A stretch of 63,384 nucleotides of DNA, counting the filler, from Asterionella formosa (taxonomy: Eukaryota): assembly GCA_002256025.1 (NCBI GenBank). It is 17 parts of 17 records of this genome, joined end to end, with 100 filler letters (N's around TTAATTAATTAA, not from the genome) between each part and the next. Parts side by side here need not be neighbours in the genome. Positions count along the whole stretch, not along the records: positions 21,206 to 42,306 come from NKIB01003101.1; positions 42,407 to 43,712 come from NKIB01003107.1; positions 43,813 to 45,118 come from NKIB01003108.1; positions 45,219 to 46,524 come from NKIB01003109.1; 13 more parts are not named here. The stretch is one strand, 5' to 3'. The first letter of the stretch is position 1, and each line of letters opens with the position of its first letter. Below the pieces are notes generated by a model, which worked only from the letters and a program-made list of their open reading frames with translations, did not search any database and was not told where the DNA came from. A program made the position numbers and the translations under genes. Positions 35,442 through 46,524 of this stretch are shown one piece after another.

Positions 35442-37700
35442 ATTGGAGAAGCCCTTATTGTGGTAATGAAGGGATGGATAATAACGATGTTGCCGAAGGA
35501 GGTCGGTTCGAGTAACCATACCAACAAGCTTGTTGGTTCCATCAGCAACAACAGGAATGCATCCAATATCATTCTCCATAAGAACCGCTTCGACCTCCGC
35601 CATGGTAGTAGAAGCGTCAATTGTGGTGACATGCTGCTTCATCCACCCCTTCAAGGCACTACCAAGCTTCCTCTCACCTGCGGCTTTGTCTCCCTCCTTT
35701 CCTCTAGTTTTGCCCTCTGATTCCATCCTAGTTTCTTCCCGAATTCTCTTTTGCTCCTTATTCCATAATCTCTGTTTCGCCGCTGCGACTTCTTTGTATG
35801 TGACCAATCCAATGACTTCGTTTTCGTCATCAACGACGGGCAAAGCACGAACATCATATCGAGAAAACATTTCCTCGACCTGAATTTCAGTCATTTGAGG
35901 CCTTGCCGATAACACCGGAGCCGTCATGAAATCACCAACACATAGCTGCCGCGAAAGACTGTCCTCAATGAGCTCATCTACTAACGATTGCAAGATGCCT
36001 TCTGCCTCGCTATCATCCGTCAACCTTACAGTTGCTGACGCTGCCTTGGGATGGCCGCCCCCTCCAAAGCGCTCCAAGAGGTGGTTCAACTTGACAGACT
36101 TCAGACTGACCCCAGGCTTTGCGCGTCCAATGATAATCATAGTGGATGGCTTCTTTCCCATGCTACTTTCTTGGTCTTTGACGCGCTTCTCGGCATCCTT
36201 AAAAAAGGTGACGAATTCCTCGAAATCAATGTGTCCATTTCCATCCATATCAATGTCTGCCATAATTTGCAAAACCGCATCTTCATTGACCAAGACACCA
36301 CCTTGTGACAGGGCCGCGGCAATTTCGTCCTGCTCTAAAAAGCCAGACCCGTCAATGTCTCGTCTGTCAAAAGCTGCTCGCAGCCGTTTTCGTTTCAAAG
36401 CTTCTTCCCCACCTGTCCACGCCTCCGCTTCCATAGTGTATGATGGGGTTATCACGAGCGGCGCACGAGACTGCAACAATCTCGATTGTACCTGCTCCTT
36501 GCTTGCTTTTTTCGAACGCCTAGCTCCACCTGACTTGGCTTCATACACCAGTGCCAGTAAGTACACATCGCTGCTCGACATTTCCAATGCATCTTGTGTG
36601 ACGGATGCAAGTCCATTGATAAATCCGTCAGCACTTAGTAGTACAGTCGAGACAGTCACCCCATGAACGACTGTGGAATTTGTATTTATCAGTGCTTGTG
36701 TTAGTACCCCTTGTTGTTCAATACTGAGAGATCTTTGAGCATGACCCGCAATAGCTGCTTGACTAGCCCCCTGCTCCATAACCCACGCAAGTGCAAGGGC
36801 GTCTCGCGGAGTAGTAGAGTCATAGCAGAGACTACCAGTATCTGCATGAATCCCTAATGCCAAGAGCGTCGCTTCGGCTTCACTTAATTCCATATTGTTC
36901 AGCTTAAGTTTCTCAACAATCATTGTCGAAACACTACCCACCTTGTCCACGATGTATTCTGTAGCTTCCGGAATATCTGTTTCTGCGTCGAAATGATGGT
37001 CCACAACAATAACTTGCTTGGCCATGCCCAGCAAGTGTTCCGCAGGGCCAATCCGGTCCCTCCTCTGAGCATCCACTAACCCTAGCCGATTCAGGCCTGA
37101 CAAGTCCGTTGGCAAACTTCGTAGCGATCTAATTGGGAATAGGTGCTTGTGCAATGCCAGGAATCTCTGTACACCAGGATGAGCGCCTCGTGGCAATACA
37201 ACAAATGTTGGAACATGTTGTTCAGTGGAAAGATATTCCTTGTCTGCCATTGTCTTTCCATGCTCCCATAGTTTGGCGAGCCCCACGGCAGATGCGAGTG
37301 AATCAAAGTCAGCTGTGCAATGTGTCAATACCACGTTGAACCCAGTTTCAGGTACAATTTGGGCCGGAGATTCCGCTAGTATCTTGCGTGTTTCATGACG
37401 AAAGGAGGCAGCTGTCAAGGTCGTGTCCTCCTCGTTACTGGTAGGAGCCACGTGAGGCCGAGCAGTCACGCGACCGTCTTCGTCCTTCATTAGTATCAGT
37501 CCATTGTCATCGAGGGAGCGAGCACTGATGGGCCTGAATGCCTTTGTGTCGTCGTCCGCTGCGGAAAGGTTCTTGATTGCAATCTTGCGGCGCATCCGCA
37601 GCAAAGTGCATTGAAAGGCCGACGCTTCTCGTACTTGTATATGAATGTGCATTCCAAAGAGACACCAAAGAATAACAGGCATTCTCTGCCTTGTCGTCAT
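35373..37700 (-). CDS. Plastid-targeted DHH/DHHA1 phosphoesterase with inserted EF-hand pair and C-terminal CBS pair
   Basis: Signal peptide + ASAF; THCTADFDS, LVD, DHH, GIHADTG, GGGGHPKAA; EF loops DIDGSGFLEQDE and DMDGNGHIDFEE; CBS repeats ALPVVD...GLVT and CIPVVA...GMVTRTDLL. Confidence 0.9.
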   Translation of the reverse strand: MTTRQRMPVILWCLFGMHIHIQVREASAFQCTLLRMRRKIAIKNLSAADDDTKAFRPISARSLDDNGLILMKDEDGRVTARPHVAPTSNEEDTTLTAASFRHETRKILAESPAQIVPETGFNVVLTHCTADFDSLASAVGLAKLWEHGKTMADKEYLSTEQHVPTFVVLPRGAHPGVQRFLALHKHLFPIRSLRSLPTDLSGLNRLGLVDAQRRDRIGPAEHLLGMAKQVIVVDHHFDAETDIPEATEYIVDKVGSVSTMIVEKLKLNNMELSEAEATLLALGIHADTGSLCYDSTTPRDALALAWVMEQGASQAAIAGHAQRSLSIEQQGVLTQALINTNSTVVHGVTVSTVLLSADGFINGLASVTQDALEMSSSDVYLLALVYEAKSGGARRSKKASKEQVQSRLLQSRAPLVITPSYTMEAEAWTGGEEALKRKRLRAAFDRRDIDGSGFLEQDEIAAALSQGGVLVNEDAVLQIMADIDMDGNGHIDFEEFVTFFKDAEKRVKDQESSMGKKPSTMIIIGRAKPGVSLKSVKLNHLLERFGGGGHPKAASATVRLTDDSEAEGILQSLVDELIEDSLSRQLCVGDFMTAPVLSARPQMTEIQVEEMFSRYDVRALPVVDDENEVIGLVTYKEVAAAKQRLWNKEQKRIREETRMESEGKTRGKEGDKAAGERKLGSALKGWMKQHVTTIDASTTMAEVEAVLMENDIGCIPVVADGTNKLVGMVTRTDLLRQHRYYPSLHYHNKGFSNSIAARKPIIELRKRLKQFDLDD

Positions 37701-38334
37701 GGTGTCTTGGCGACAATGAGCAACGGAGGAGTAGCTAAGGACAACTGCAACCTTGATATCAAGAGTGCCAAATGTCGGAGCTTTCTGTTTTCGATCTCCG
37801 CGCTCTGGCAGTTTGCACACCGGTATCTACAGTATCGTCAAATGATGGCTGACGCCACATCATTTACACATATCCATGTATATATATGTAAATTCTATGA
37901 TGGCTCAAGACATTTGAAAAAGGTGTGCGTACCAGTAGTTTCTTTTCAAGTGAATGGAACAGAGATATATATCTATATACAGTATCCCTGAAGGATTATA
38001 GTTGATATCTTTCGTCGTGTCTGTGTACATTATATACTCAACCGAACATAAAATGTACTCCGTATCAGCCATACTAAAATAAACCATGTTGAATTCAGAT
38101 TTTGAAGCAGACAAGGAACGCTCACTTCTCACCATGTGCGTCGCCGGCAGAGAGGCCAACACAAGATGGACGATCGCTAGAGAGACTGGCCACATGATGC
38201 TTGCGGTTCAAATGCAACAAATTCTCACTTCTTCCCACATTCTACCGCTTCCATTTGCCGGACTGAATTGAATTGAATTCCGTTTTGCTGATCCGAATAG
38301 AAGTACGGGAGATCCTAACATCATCATCATCATC

Positions 38335-41124
38335 ATGCGCCACCAACTAGACACACATACGAATCCACGCCCATTCCAACCATTCAACGGCATTATGAGG
38401 CTCGACATTGCCGCCAGCAAGCTTGCTGCAAGACGCAAGATGAAGAAACGCATCGAAGCTACTGTCCTTCAGATGCAGACCCCACTCGTTGCGGACGAGG
38501 AGCAACAACAAGAACCAGCCGTGCCGCAGGACAACCTGCCTTGTATACAGACTTGGATTTACCACGAGCGGAACTCGCGAGGCGCTGCAGGTGGGCCCAA
38601 ACGAAACGACTTGAAGGTTTTGAGCCTCATGGAACTGGACGTGACATGGTTAGATGGGGTATTTCAGGAGCTTGTACAGATTGTTCCCGTTGGTCACATG
38701 TCGCATGCCGCTTGCAGTCTCACACAAGCCTTGATACGAGCCCTGGTTCAGCACAAGAGCCGTCATTCGAGAACGTTGGTGGATGATTTATTCAAGCGAT
38801 TGATTCAAGAAGAAGATGGCTCGGCAAAGCAAATTGTCACGGCGGTACTCTATGGAGTAGTAACTCGGCACTTTACAGACCCACTCCAAGCTGCGAGTCT
38901 CTTGGAACTGATGAGAGATCGTCATCGATTATTTCCCAAAATGTGCGCGAAACCAATGAAATCAAACCTCACGTCTGTCTTGTATTGCTGGACCAAGTCC
39001 GATCTCCCCCAGGCACCATACATGGCGCACAACCTTTTGACGATGATCTCAAAGCCGAACTTGGCCATGTACAACACTGTCTTGCATGCCTACTATAGAA
39101 AAAAAATGCCAGTAGAAGCAGACGAACTCTTGAATCAACTCGAACAGGAAGGGGTCAAACTGAATGTGCATTCATTTCTCTTTTGCATTATGGCTTGGGA
39201 GCAGGATGCCACTCGAGCAATTGCTGTCATGGAGCGTCTGTGCTTGGTACAAGACTTGCACCCCACGACACTTGCTTTTTTGGCCGTTATGCAAGCCATT
39301 TACACAAGTATGCCAGACCCTGGACCCAAGGTTGCTGGTTGGATGAATCGGTTGCAAAGGTATAGAATGGAGCTGCCAGATGAATTAAGATTGCGCAACG
39401 ACTATGCTGTGGGGCAAGCCATCTACCAAGTGGTCATGAAGTCATGGGCAAAGAGTACACAGCCACAGGAAGTGGATGCTGTGATAGAGGAAATGCGTTC
39501 ACTCGGAATTACGCTAAATGCGTCATGCTGGACTATTGTGGTTCAAGCATGGTCGACCTTTAACGTGGAACACGCAGAGACAATTGTGCTGAAACTCGGC
39601 AACGATAATAACTTGGTGCAACCGACATTGACAATGTGTCATTTCATTCTGGAGGGATGGAGTAAATTGGAAAATCCAGAGCGATGCCAATCCTTTTTTG
39701 ATTGGATGTGCGAGCACAATATCCATCCAGATGCAACGAGTTTCAAGTTCGTATTTATCAGTTGGAACAAAGGCACCTCCAATAATAACGCGGGAAAGCA
39801 TATCTTAAGCTTCCTCCGAAATATTGAGAAATATGATTCCATACAACTTGATACATCCATTTATGAATTGGTCCTGAGAACTCTGGCAGTTACCCACAAG
39901 CGGAAGGTGCTTATGTTTCTTAAACGACTCGAATGCATGCATCATCAAGGCATTCATGGTATATCACCAGAATGTTACAACCTTGCTCTGGCATCATCGA
40001 GTGGAATCAAGGAAGTCGAGGATGTCTTCTCAAGGATGAAATCAATTCAGTTTCGCCCAACAACAGAGTCGTTCAATTTCATTCTGCAGGAATGGGCGAA
40101 GAGTTCAAGACCAGACGCAGCACATACGGCAAACTTGGTTCTTGAAAGAATGAAAACTGAGCTTGTGAAGCCCAATGCTGATACATACAACTACATTCTA
40201 ACTATCTGTATGTATTCAAAGAATCGAGATACCATTAAGATTGCACGATCAATTATGGTCCGTCTTGTTACTGCTTATCATTCCGGTGACCTTTCTATGT
40301 TGCCTTCAGCAAACATATTGTTGCGAATTACTGAGAACAATAATGGCCCCCGACTGCGGACAAACGCAAACATAGTGCAGGAGATGGTTTCTGACATGGA
40401 GGGATTTCCTCACCAGGATTTTGCTACCAGTTACTACACGTTTTCTTTAACTGTTTGCTCTATGAGCCTTGACACGGATGCACCATCTATTGCTCGGACT
40501 TTGTGGGAACGAATGATTCGATGTAACCTTCGATGCTTCAATCTTGTGCTTAAAACTTATGCTAGACACGCAGTTCCCCACAAGGCAGAGTATCTCTTCG
40601 AGTCACATAGGACGGGTTACAGCTGGGTTCCCGACCATGAAAGTTTTGAGTATCTACTAGAAGCATGGGCTAGATCAAAAGAATTAAATGCAGCCCAGCG
40701 AGCATTTTATTTGTTGGAGCAGCGAATAGGAAAGCCAACACCACTTGCTTTTGCCAATGTGTTACTCGCATGCTCAATGACTCCTGGAGGTGACTCGGGA
40801 ACCAAATTGCATCAGTACAATCTAGCTATTCGAACTTTTCAGTGTCTAAAAGATGCTGGACACCCTGCTACTTCCTTACATTTCTACCGACTCCTTATGT
40901 GCGCCATTCACCTTGCTCCTGATGCCACTTCCAGGGTGGGAATGGCGACCTTCATTTTCCGACAGTGCTGCAAAGAAGGTCAAGTAGACCAATGGATCCT
41001 TCGACGCTTTTGGAGTATTGCTACGAAATTAGTGCGTCAACAGCTGTTGAATAATGACGATGACAATATTTCTCTTTCTCAGCTTCCCAAGAACTGGATC
41101 TGTCACCGACTATGCACCTGTTAA
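38335..41124 (+). CDS. Pentatricopeptide-repeat (PPR) protein
   Basis: Repeated ~35-aa units (PNLAMYNTVLHAY, PDATSFKFVFISW, PTTESFNFILQEWAKS, PNADTYNYIL, PDHESFEYLLEAWARS). Confidence 0.92.
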   Translation: MRHQLDTHTNPRPFQPFNGIMRLDIAASKLAARRKMKKRIEATVLQMQTPLVADEEQQQEPAVPQDNLPCIQTWIYHERNSRGAAGGPKRNDLKVLSLMELDVTWLDGVFQELVQIVPVGHMSHAACSLTQALIRALVQHKSRHSRTLVDDLFKRLIQEEDGSAKQIVTAVLYGVVTRHFTDPLQAASLLELMRDRHRLFPKMCAKPMKSNLTSVLYCWTKSDLPQAPYMAHNLLTMISKPNLAMYNTVLHAYYRKKMPVEADELLNQLEQEGVKLNVHSFLFCIMAWEQDATRAIAVMERLCLVQDLHPTTLAFLAVMQAIYTSMPDPGPKVAGWMNRLQRYRMELPDELRLRNDYAVGQAIYQVVMKSWAKSTQPQEVDAVIEEMRSLGITLNASCWTIVVQAWSTFNVEHAETIVLKLGNDNNLVQPTLTMCHFILEGWSKLENPERCQSFFDWMCEHNIHPDATSFKFVFISWNKGTSNNNAGKHILSFLRNIEKYDSIQLDTSIYELVLRTLAVTHKRKVLMFLKRLECMHHQGIHGISPECYNLALASSSGIKEVEDVFSRMKSIQFRPTTESFNFILQEWAKSSRPDAAHTANLVLERMKTELVKPNADTYNYILTICMYSKNRDTIKIARSIMVRLVTAYHSGDLSMLPSANILLRITENNNGPRLRTNANIVQEMVSDMEGFPHQDFATSYYTFSLTVCSMSLDTDAPSIARTLWERMIRCNLRCFNLVLKTYARHAVPHKAEYLFESHRTGYSWVPDHESFEYLLEAWARSKELNAAQRAFYLLEQRIGKPTPLAFANVLLACSMTPGGDSGTKLHQYNLAIRTFQCLKDAGHPATSLHFYRLLMCAIHLAPDATSRVGMATFIFRQCCKEGQVDQWILRRFWSIATKLVRQQLLNNDDDNISLSQLPKNWICHRLCTC

Positions 41125-41736
41125 ACAAAATTATAAATTAAGTGTATTTTTTTGGTTTGATAATGGCAGCGTAGCTTCACTAGACCACAAGGTTTTCCAG
41201 TTGCATTGCAAATGCGCTCCCGCCAGGTGACAAGGCTTTCCCTGATACACATGATTCATCTGTAAACATATATTGGAGCTGGAACTAAAAGACAATCGCA
41301 AGTTAACAAAATATCACTCATTTATCATGGGCTGCAATTGAAATATGTTTCTGAACGTCCTCCGCTTCCATAGAGGCTTCCTAAGAATTGGATTTGGCGC
41401 CGACTTCGCTCCTGTTAAACAAGACCAGTGGTTCGAATAAATCATGTGTATATGTTTGTGTCTCGAATTAGTGATAGCATGGCTTAAAAGACCTAACTCT
41501 TTTTTGGATTTCAAATGCTCTCCAGCCGACTGACAAGCAACGTTTTCCCTCATACAGTTGTTGTATCTGTAAAAATATTCGCAAGTCAACATACTATCAC
41601 TTATCTTTACGAAATCTCCCTGATGCTATGACAGCTGCCTTCTTAGTCTGCATTTTGGATAAAGCGTTAAGTTGAACTGAATGAGCATATTAGCATGTAG
41701 GTTACAGGTTCATGGCAAATGTATCGGAAACAATTT

Positions 41737-42306
41737 TCAATTGGTCGGGATTCTTTTGGGAGCCCTGGTGGTTGGGGCAATGGTTGATAATGGTTTCTTT
41801 GTCGGAGCAGTGGTTGTCGGTATCTTGGTCGGTACAATGGCTGTTGGTGTCCTGGTTGGTGAAATGGTTGTTGGTGTCTTGGTCGGGGCATTGGTTGTCG
41901 GCGTCTTGGTCGGGGCATTGGTTGTCGGTGTCTTGGTCGGGGCATTGGTTGTTGGTGTCGTGGTTGGGGCAATGGTTGTTGGTGTCTTGGTCGGTGCGAT
42001 GGTCGTCGGTATCTTTGTCGGGGCATTGGTTGTTGGTACCCTTGTCGCGGAGATGGTTGTTGGTGTCTTGGTCGGGGGAATGGTTGTTGGTGGCTTTGTC
42101 GGGGCTTTGGTTGTATGTAGCTTTGTGGGGGCATTGGTTGTTGGTGTCTTGGTTGGGGCATTGGTTGTTGGTACCTTTTTCGGGGCAGTGGTCGTCGGCG
42201 ACTTGGTTGGGGTATTTGTTGTTGGTGTCTTGGTCGGGGCAATGGTTGTTGGTGCCTTGGTCAGGGCGTTCGTTGTCGGTACCTTTGTGAGGGAAATGGT
42301 TGTCGG
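41737..42306 (-). CDS. 3' part of a Pro/Thr-rich mucin-like protein (27-bp unit, PTKTPTTNA), cut by contig edge
   Basis: A minus frame absent from the ORF track (no Met) reads about 20 PTxxPTTxA units to ...PKRIPTN-TGA at 41739-41737. Confidence 0.75.
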   Translation of the reverse strand, partial: PTTISLTKVPTTNALTKAPTTIAPTKTPTTNTPTKSPTTTAPKKVPTTNAPTKTPTTNAPTKLHTTKAPTKPPTTIPPTKTPTTISATRVPTTNAPTKIPTTIAPTKTPTTIAPTTTPTTNAPTKTPTTNAPTKTPTTNAPTKTPTTISPTRTPTAIVPTKIPTTTAPTKKPLSTIAPTTRAPKRIPTN

Positions 42307-44513
42307 NNNNNNNNNNNNNNNNNNNNNNNNNNNNNNNNNNNNNNNNNNNNTTAATTAATTAANNNNNNNNNNNNNNNNNNNNNNNNNNNNNNNNNNNNNN
42401 NNNNNNAGCCACTCAAGATATAGAAAGCAAAATAAAACCATTCTTAAATATAGTTCTAAATCTCGATCCATTTTATCCTATTTTAGACAGTGATATCGAT
42501 GAGAATTGCGATCATGCTAAGATAGATGTATGACAAAAGTATGCACATCATAGGCCCATGTTTAACTAATTATATAATGCAATGGTATTATAGCTAAGAT
42601 GATAGTATCATCATACTTCAAGCTTGGTAAAAGTTTACTGCATGATCATAATTATATGATACTTTGATCATATTTTTGATCGAAAAACTATCATATATGT
42701 AAAAATCCTGTGCCATTTAGCGTACAATACCCTTGATCCTATATTCATGATGGTCTTCATTTGCAGACGTTCATCATGCTCAGGGTACAGTACTAGTACC
42801 CAAGGTAGCCCTTGTAATCGAAGCATTCGATAAGAAATTAATATATAGCTGAGATACCGGTAATCATGCAATTCTTTTGTATTTACAAAACGCTACAATG
42901 TAGTCCTCGTTGTGATCGGTTGGAGCATCCTCAATCATGTTGTCTCAGCCTTGATCATATTTGCCTAAATTTCACTAATCTAACCGACGCACCTGTCGCC
43001 TGCATCGTCTCGTGTAGAAAATGGGTTTTGCTTCTACAGAATGCTTCTTTTGAGGACGTGAATTGAGGAGGCCCGCCGATTAAAAGAATTGATGTAACTA
43101 TAAATAAACATAGGGAGTAGTTTTTAGATCTTATTAATAAGTCGCAGTGATATCAATTTGAGGGAACCAGTAACAATCGATGACCTGTCAATTTGGATTC
43201 CCAAAACTGCGGCAAGGTCACCCTCACGAGCGAGTCTGAGGTTGCTTGAGGGACAAATTGGGAATCATGTCGTTAATAAGGGAGTTGTACCGACCAATGA
43301 GAATGGATTTATCGACGTAGGTAAGGTATGATGATAACATGATATCAGCAGGGATAATTTATTTGTTCTACAAATTGGTGCCTTTGATCTGAAGGTGTGT
43401 GGTTCCTTTTCCCGCAATTTTTTTGCGAAGCAAATGTTGGGTTCGACTCCCACACTCTCCTTACTTTTGCCCCCTACAAGTAGCTTGTGCTGCAAAACTA
43501 GGTGGTCAGATTTCCCCCTAAATCAGTGGCTAATACAATCACCTTTTGCGAAAGGTGATGGGGCACTCACCTGTGCGTGCTAACAAAACTACCACCAGCA
43601 GGGAAGCACAGGTCTTGTCAGCAGGAGGTAGCACAATGAATACTTGCCTTGAAAAAGGGGAGTATGAATGGGCTATAAAACAGATTATCATACTAAACAT
43701 TTATCATACATANNNNNNNNNNNNNNNNNNNNNNNNNNNNNNNNNNNNNNNNNNNNTTAATTAATTAANNNNNNNNNNNNNNNNNNNNNNNNNNNNNNNN
43801 NNNNNNNNNNNNACCCACCCCAAAACCCGGGGGGCCCCACCAGGCAAAGGAGTTGAAAGGAGACTGCAACTCGAACGATTAATTGGGTCGGCTTGAAATT
43901 CCCATTTCAAGTGATGAATTTAGCATTTTTATTTGCTTGCGAATAGGAAATACCTAAATCACATATCGGCATTAGATATACATGGTGGTTCGTTTATTTT
44001 CAAATTTTCGTTTCTTGGGGTGCTTTGCTTGATATGATTCTGTAGTCTACCGGTACTACCGGTACTTGCTTTGGAATCATGATCATACCCACAAATTTGT
44101 ATGTAAAAAATAATAGTTAAAGTACATACAGCAAGAATACTAAAACATATAGAATGTATATATCCACATAAATATTTATATTTACGGAGTAGACTGACTA
44201 CCGGTACTCTATATTAAAGATAAAATTTATTGTTTGAGGAGCTTGAAACTCGTAGCGAAACACATGTTCTTATTTTTGCGAACAGCCAATAGGCGGAACG
44301 CGACCCCAATCTATATTTAGCGATAATATATAGTGTAACAATATTTTGTTGTTTGGTGTTTTGACACTTCCGTTCTTTGTGTTTTGTTACCTGGTGTTTT
44401 CGCCGCCAAATATACTCATGAATTTACCATGAATACTGAGAATCCATAGAAAATCAAAGTGTGTTTCTCGATCATTAAACTACCGGTATACTTTCAATTA
44501 AAAATTCCATTCA

Positions 44514-44990
44514 ATGCCACGAGTCACCCGATCTACAGCCACGAAGCGCCGTCTCAATTTCGAGGAACCAGACGACACTGGAGCGACCACACCACAAAAA
44601 CGAGGAATTCAAAGCAAGCTCTCCCCTAAAAAGAAAGATACGTTATCCACTCCTGCCAAGAAGGCGCGTGTTGAAGTTAGAGAGGAAGAGTCTTACGTGC
44701 CAAAATATATACACAAGAATGTCGAGTATGCACGCAAAGGAGAAAGTTCTATCAGCGCGAATATGAAGAAAACGTTCTCGCTCATTCAACTGCACTTTCG
44801 CCTTCCAGAGGATTTGGAAACGAATAGAAAATACGGACCACTGAGTGGAACTTGCTTTGAAGAACGGGCCATCATAGCGTACTCCATGGGTGAACTCGAG
44901 GTCAAAAATCCTGAATCAGATGGGATTCAGATATGTACTGCATGTGCTACCGAAGGTCATAAGCGTGACTGCTGTCCTACATTAATATAA
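44514..44990 (+). CDS. Small basic protein with YGPLSG...ER motif and C-terminal CCHC knuckle
   Basis: Clean 158-aa ORF; KRRLNF, TPQK, SPKK, TPAK; ends CTACATEGHKRDC. Confidence 0.8.
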   Translation: MPRVTRSTATKRRLNFEEPDDTGATTPQKRGIQSKLSPKKKDTLSTPAKKARVEVREEESYVPKYIHKNVEYARKGESSISANMKKTFSLIQLHFRLPEDLETNRKYGPLSGTCFEERAIIAYSMGELEVKNPESDGIQICTACATEGHKRDCCPTLI

Positions 44991-45218
44991 GTGTGGCAGT
45001 GTGTGCCAAGTCGTTGCTGCAGAATCTTCGCAGCTGACGCAAATCCGCTGTCAACTGACGACATTATCAAACTGCAAGACGATGCATGTAGAGATTAACT
45101 AACAATTAGTTGTGCCTTNNNNNNNNNNNNNNNNNNNNNNNNNNNNNNNNNNNNNNNNNNNNTTAATTAATTAANNNNNNNNNNNNNNNNNNNNNNNNNN
45201 NNNNNNNNNNNNNNNNNN

Positions 45219-45505
45219 CCGCCCTCACGCAGTCATACATAGTTTCTGTGCATTCCTCGGGTGTAAGTACTTGCATGTCAACATTGCTCACTGCGGAACA
45301 AATATTGTCGTCGATGAGTCATGAGTCGGCACTGCGACAACAAGACGAGCGACTGCAAAGTGAAGAGGAGCACGCAGATGATGACGATAAAGAAGAATCA
45401 GATGCGAGATTGTTGGATGATGTTAGCTTGTCAGACGCCATTAGCTTATCGGATGCCATTACAGAGTTGGAAGAAGCAAGTTTGAGTGGAAGTTTGGCTT
45501 GGTAA
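45219..45505 (+). CDS. Possible 3' end of an unidentified gene with an acidic tail
   Basis: Frame open from the contig edge to TAA; no recognisable motif. Confidence 0.3.
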
Positions 45506-46211
45506 ATGGGGGTGCAATACCAACTTTGATGAAGCTCATTTTGCTATGCTCTGTGCAATGAAGAACTGTTTCAGATGGTGTTGATTTTACATGGGTTTTG
45601 GGGACCTAAGGCGGAACAAGCGTGGGTGGCTTCCGGGTCAGAATATCCAATGTGGCAATATCTTGTCAATATCTCACAACACAATAACTTGGCTCACATT
45701 AGTGTGTACATCACTTTAGACCTTTATTTTTACATTTGACACTCATCAAGTTCATGTCCTCAAATGAACTACCTGGTAGTATGTAGATTCACAAAGTGTT
45801 TTCCTATAACCGTTACCGGTGTCTTTATGCATTGTCTCCAGGACTCAAATCTCGCTGATGATGCACCTACGTATCGTATGAATATACCGTAGTTCAAGTA
45901 TGCCTTTGTCGTATAATTATCGGGTTTGGTACCAGGTATGATAATATTAACGCGGCCTATCATACATAGATCATACGGAGGAATACCGGTCCCCGTATAC
46001 TGCTAGGGTAGACAAGAGGGTAGTTGTCACATGTACGGTATTTTGTTCTTTGAGGAATGTTTTGAGCGAACTCCTAATGTGTGCGAACCGAACACAACTT
46101 ATCCTCACCAGCATGCATCAAAATCAAAAAACGATCGCTCCTAGGAAAAAGCGAGAAAAAGGGATCCATAGTGGTGTCACCATCGTGAGTGCAGCAACTA
46201 GCTCTTGTACG

Positions 46212-46524
46212 ATGAAAGCGCTTCAATTCTTTCCAAAGGGAGTACCAGGACCTACCATCGTAGAGATCCCAAAACCAGTTCCAGTTCACAACGAGGTGCT
46301 GGTCAAGGTTGTGAACAGTGCAATTGATACAGGTTTGGACGCTGTTGTATCCAACGAAATTACTGCTTACTTCATTCACTCCAAGAAAGCTCCCCTTTAC
46401 CTTGGATGGCACTTTGCCGGTCGAGTCGAAGGGTTTGGAATGGATGTGACAGATTTAGCAGTGGGGGTGAATGTGTTTGGTCACCTTCAGTACTCGCCCT
46501 CGCAACGACAAGGCGCGTTTGCGG
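46212..46524 (+). CDS. MDR/quinone-oxidoreductase-like dehydrogenase, N-terminal GroES-like domain (partial)
   Basis: MKAL...EIPKPVP..NEVLVKV...LGWHFAGRVE..G..V....VG..VFG...GAFA; cut by spacer. Confidence 0.85.

Noticed and set aside
35926..36666. 246-aa antisense ORF and similar shadow ORFs
   Set aside because: Antisense shadow of a well-supported gene, with no motifs of its own.
41667..42358. ORF-track proteins PRPRHQQ, VGALVVG and WLLVSW
   Set aside because: Alternative frames of the 27-bp Pro/Thr repeat.
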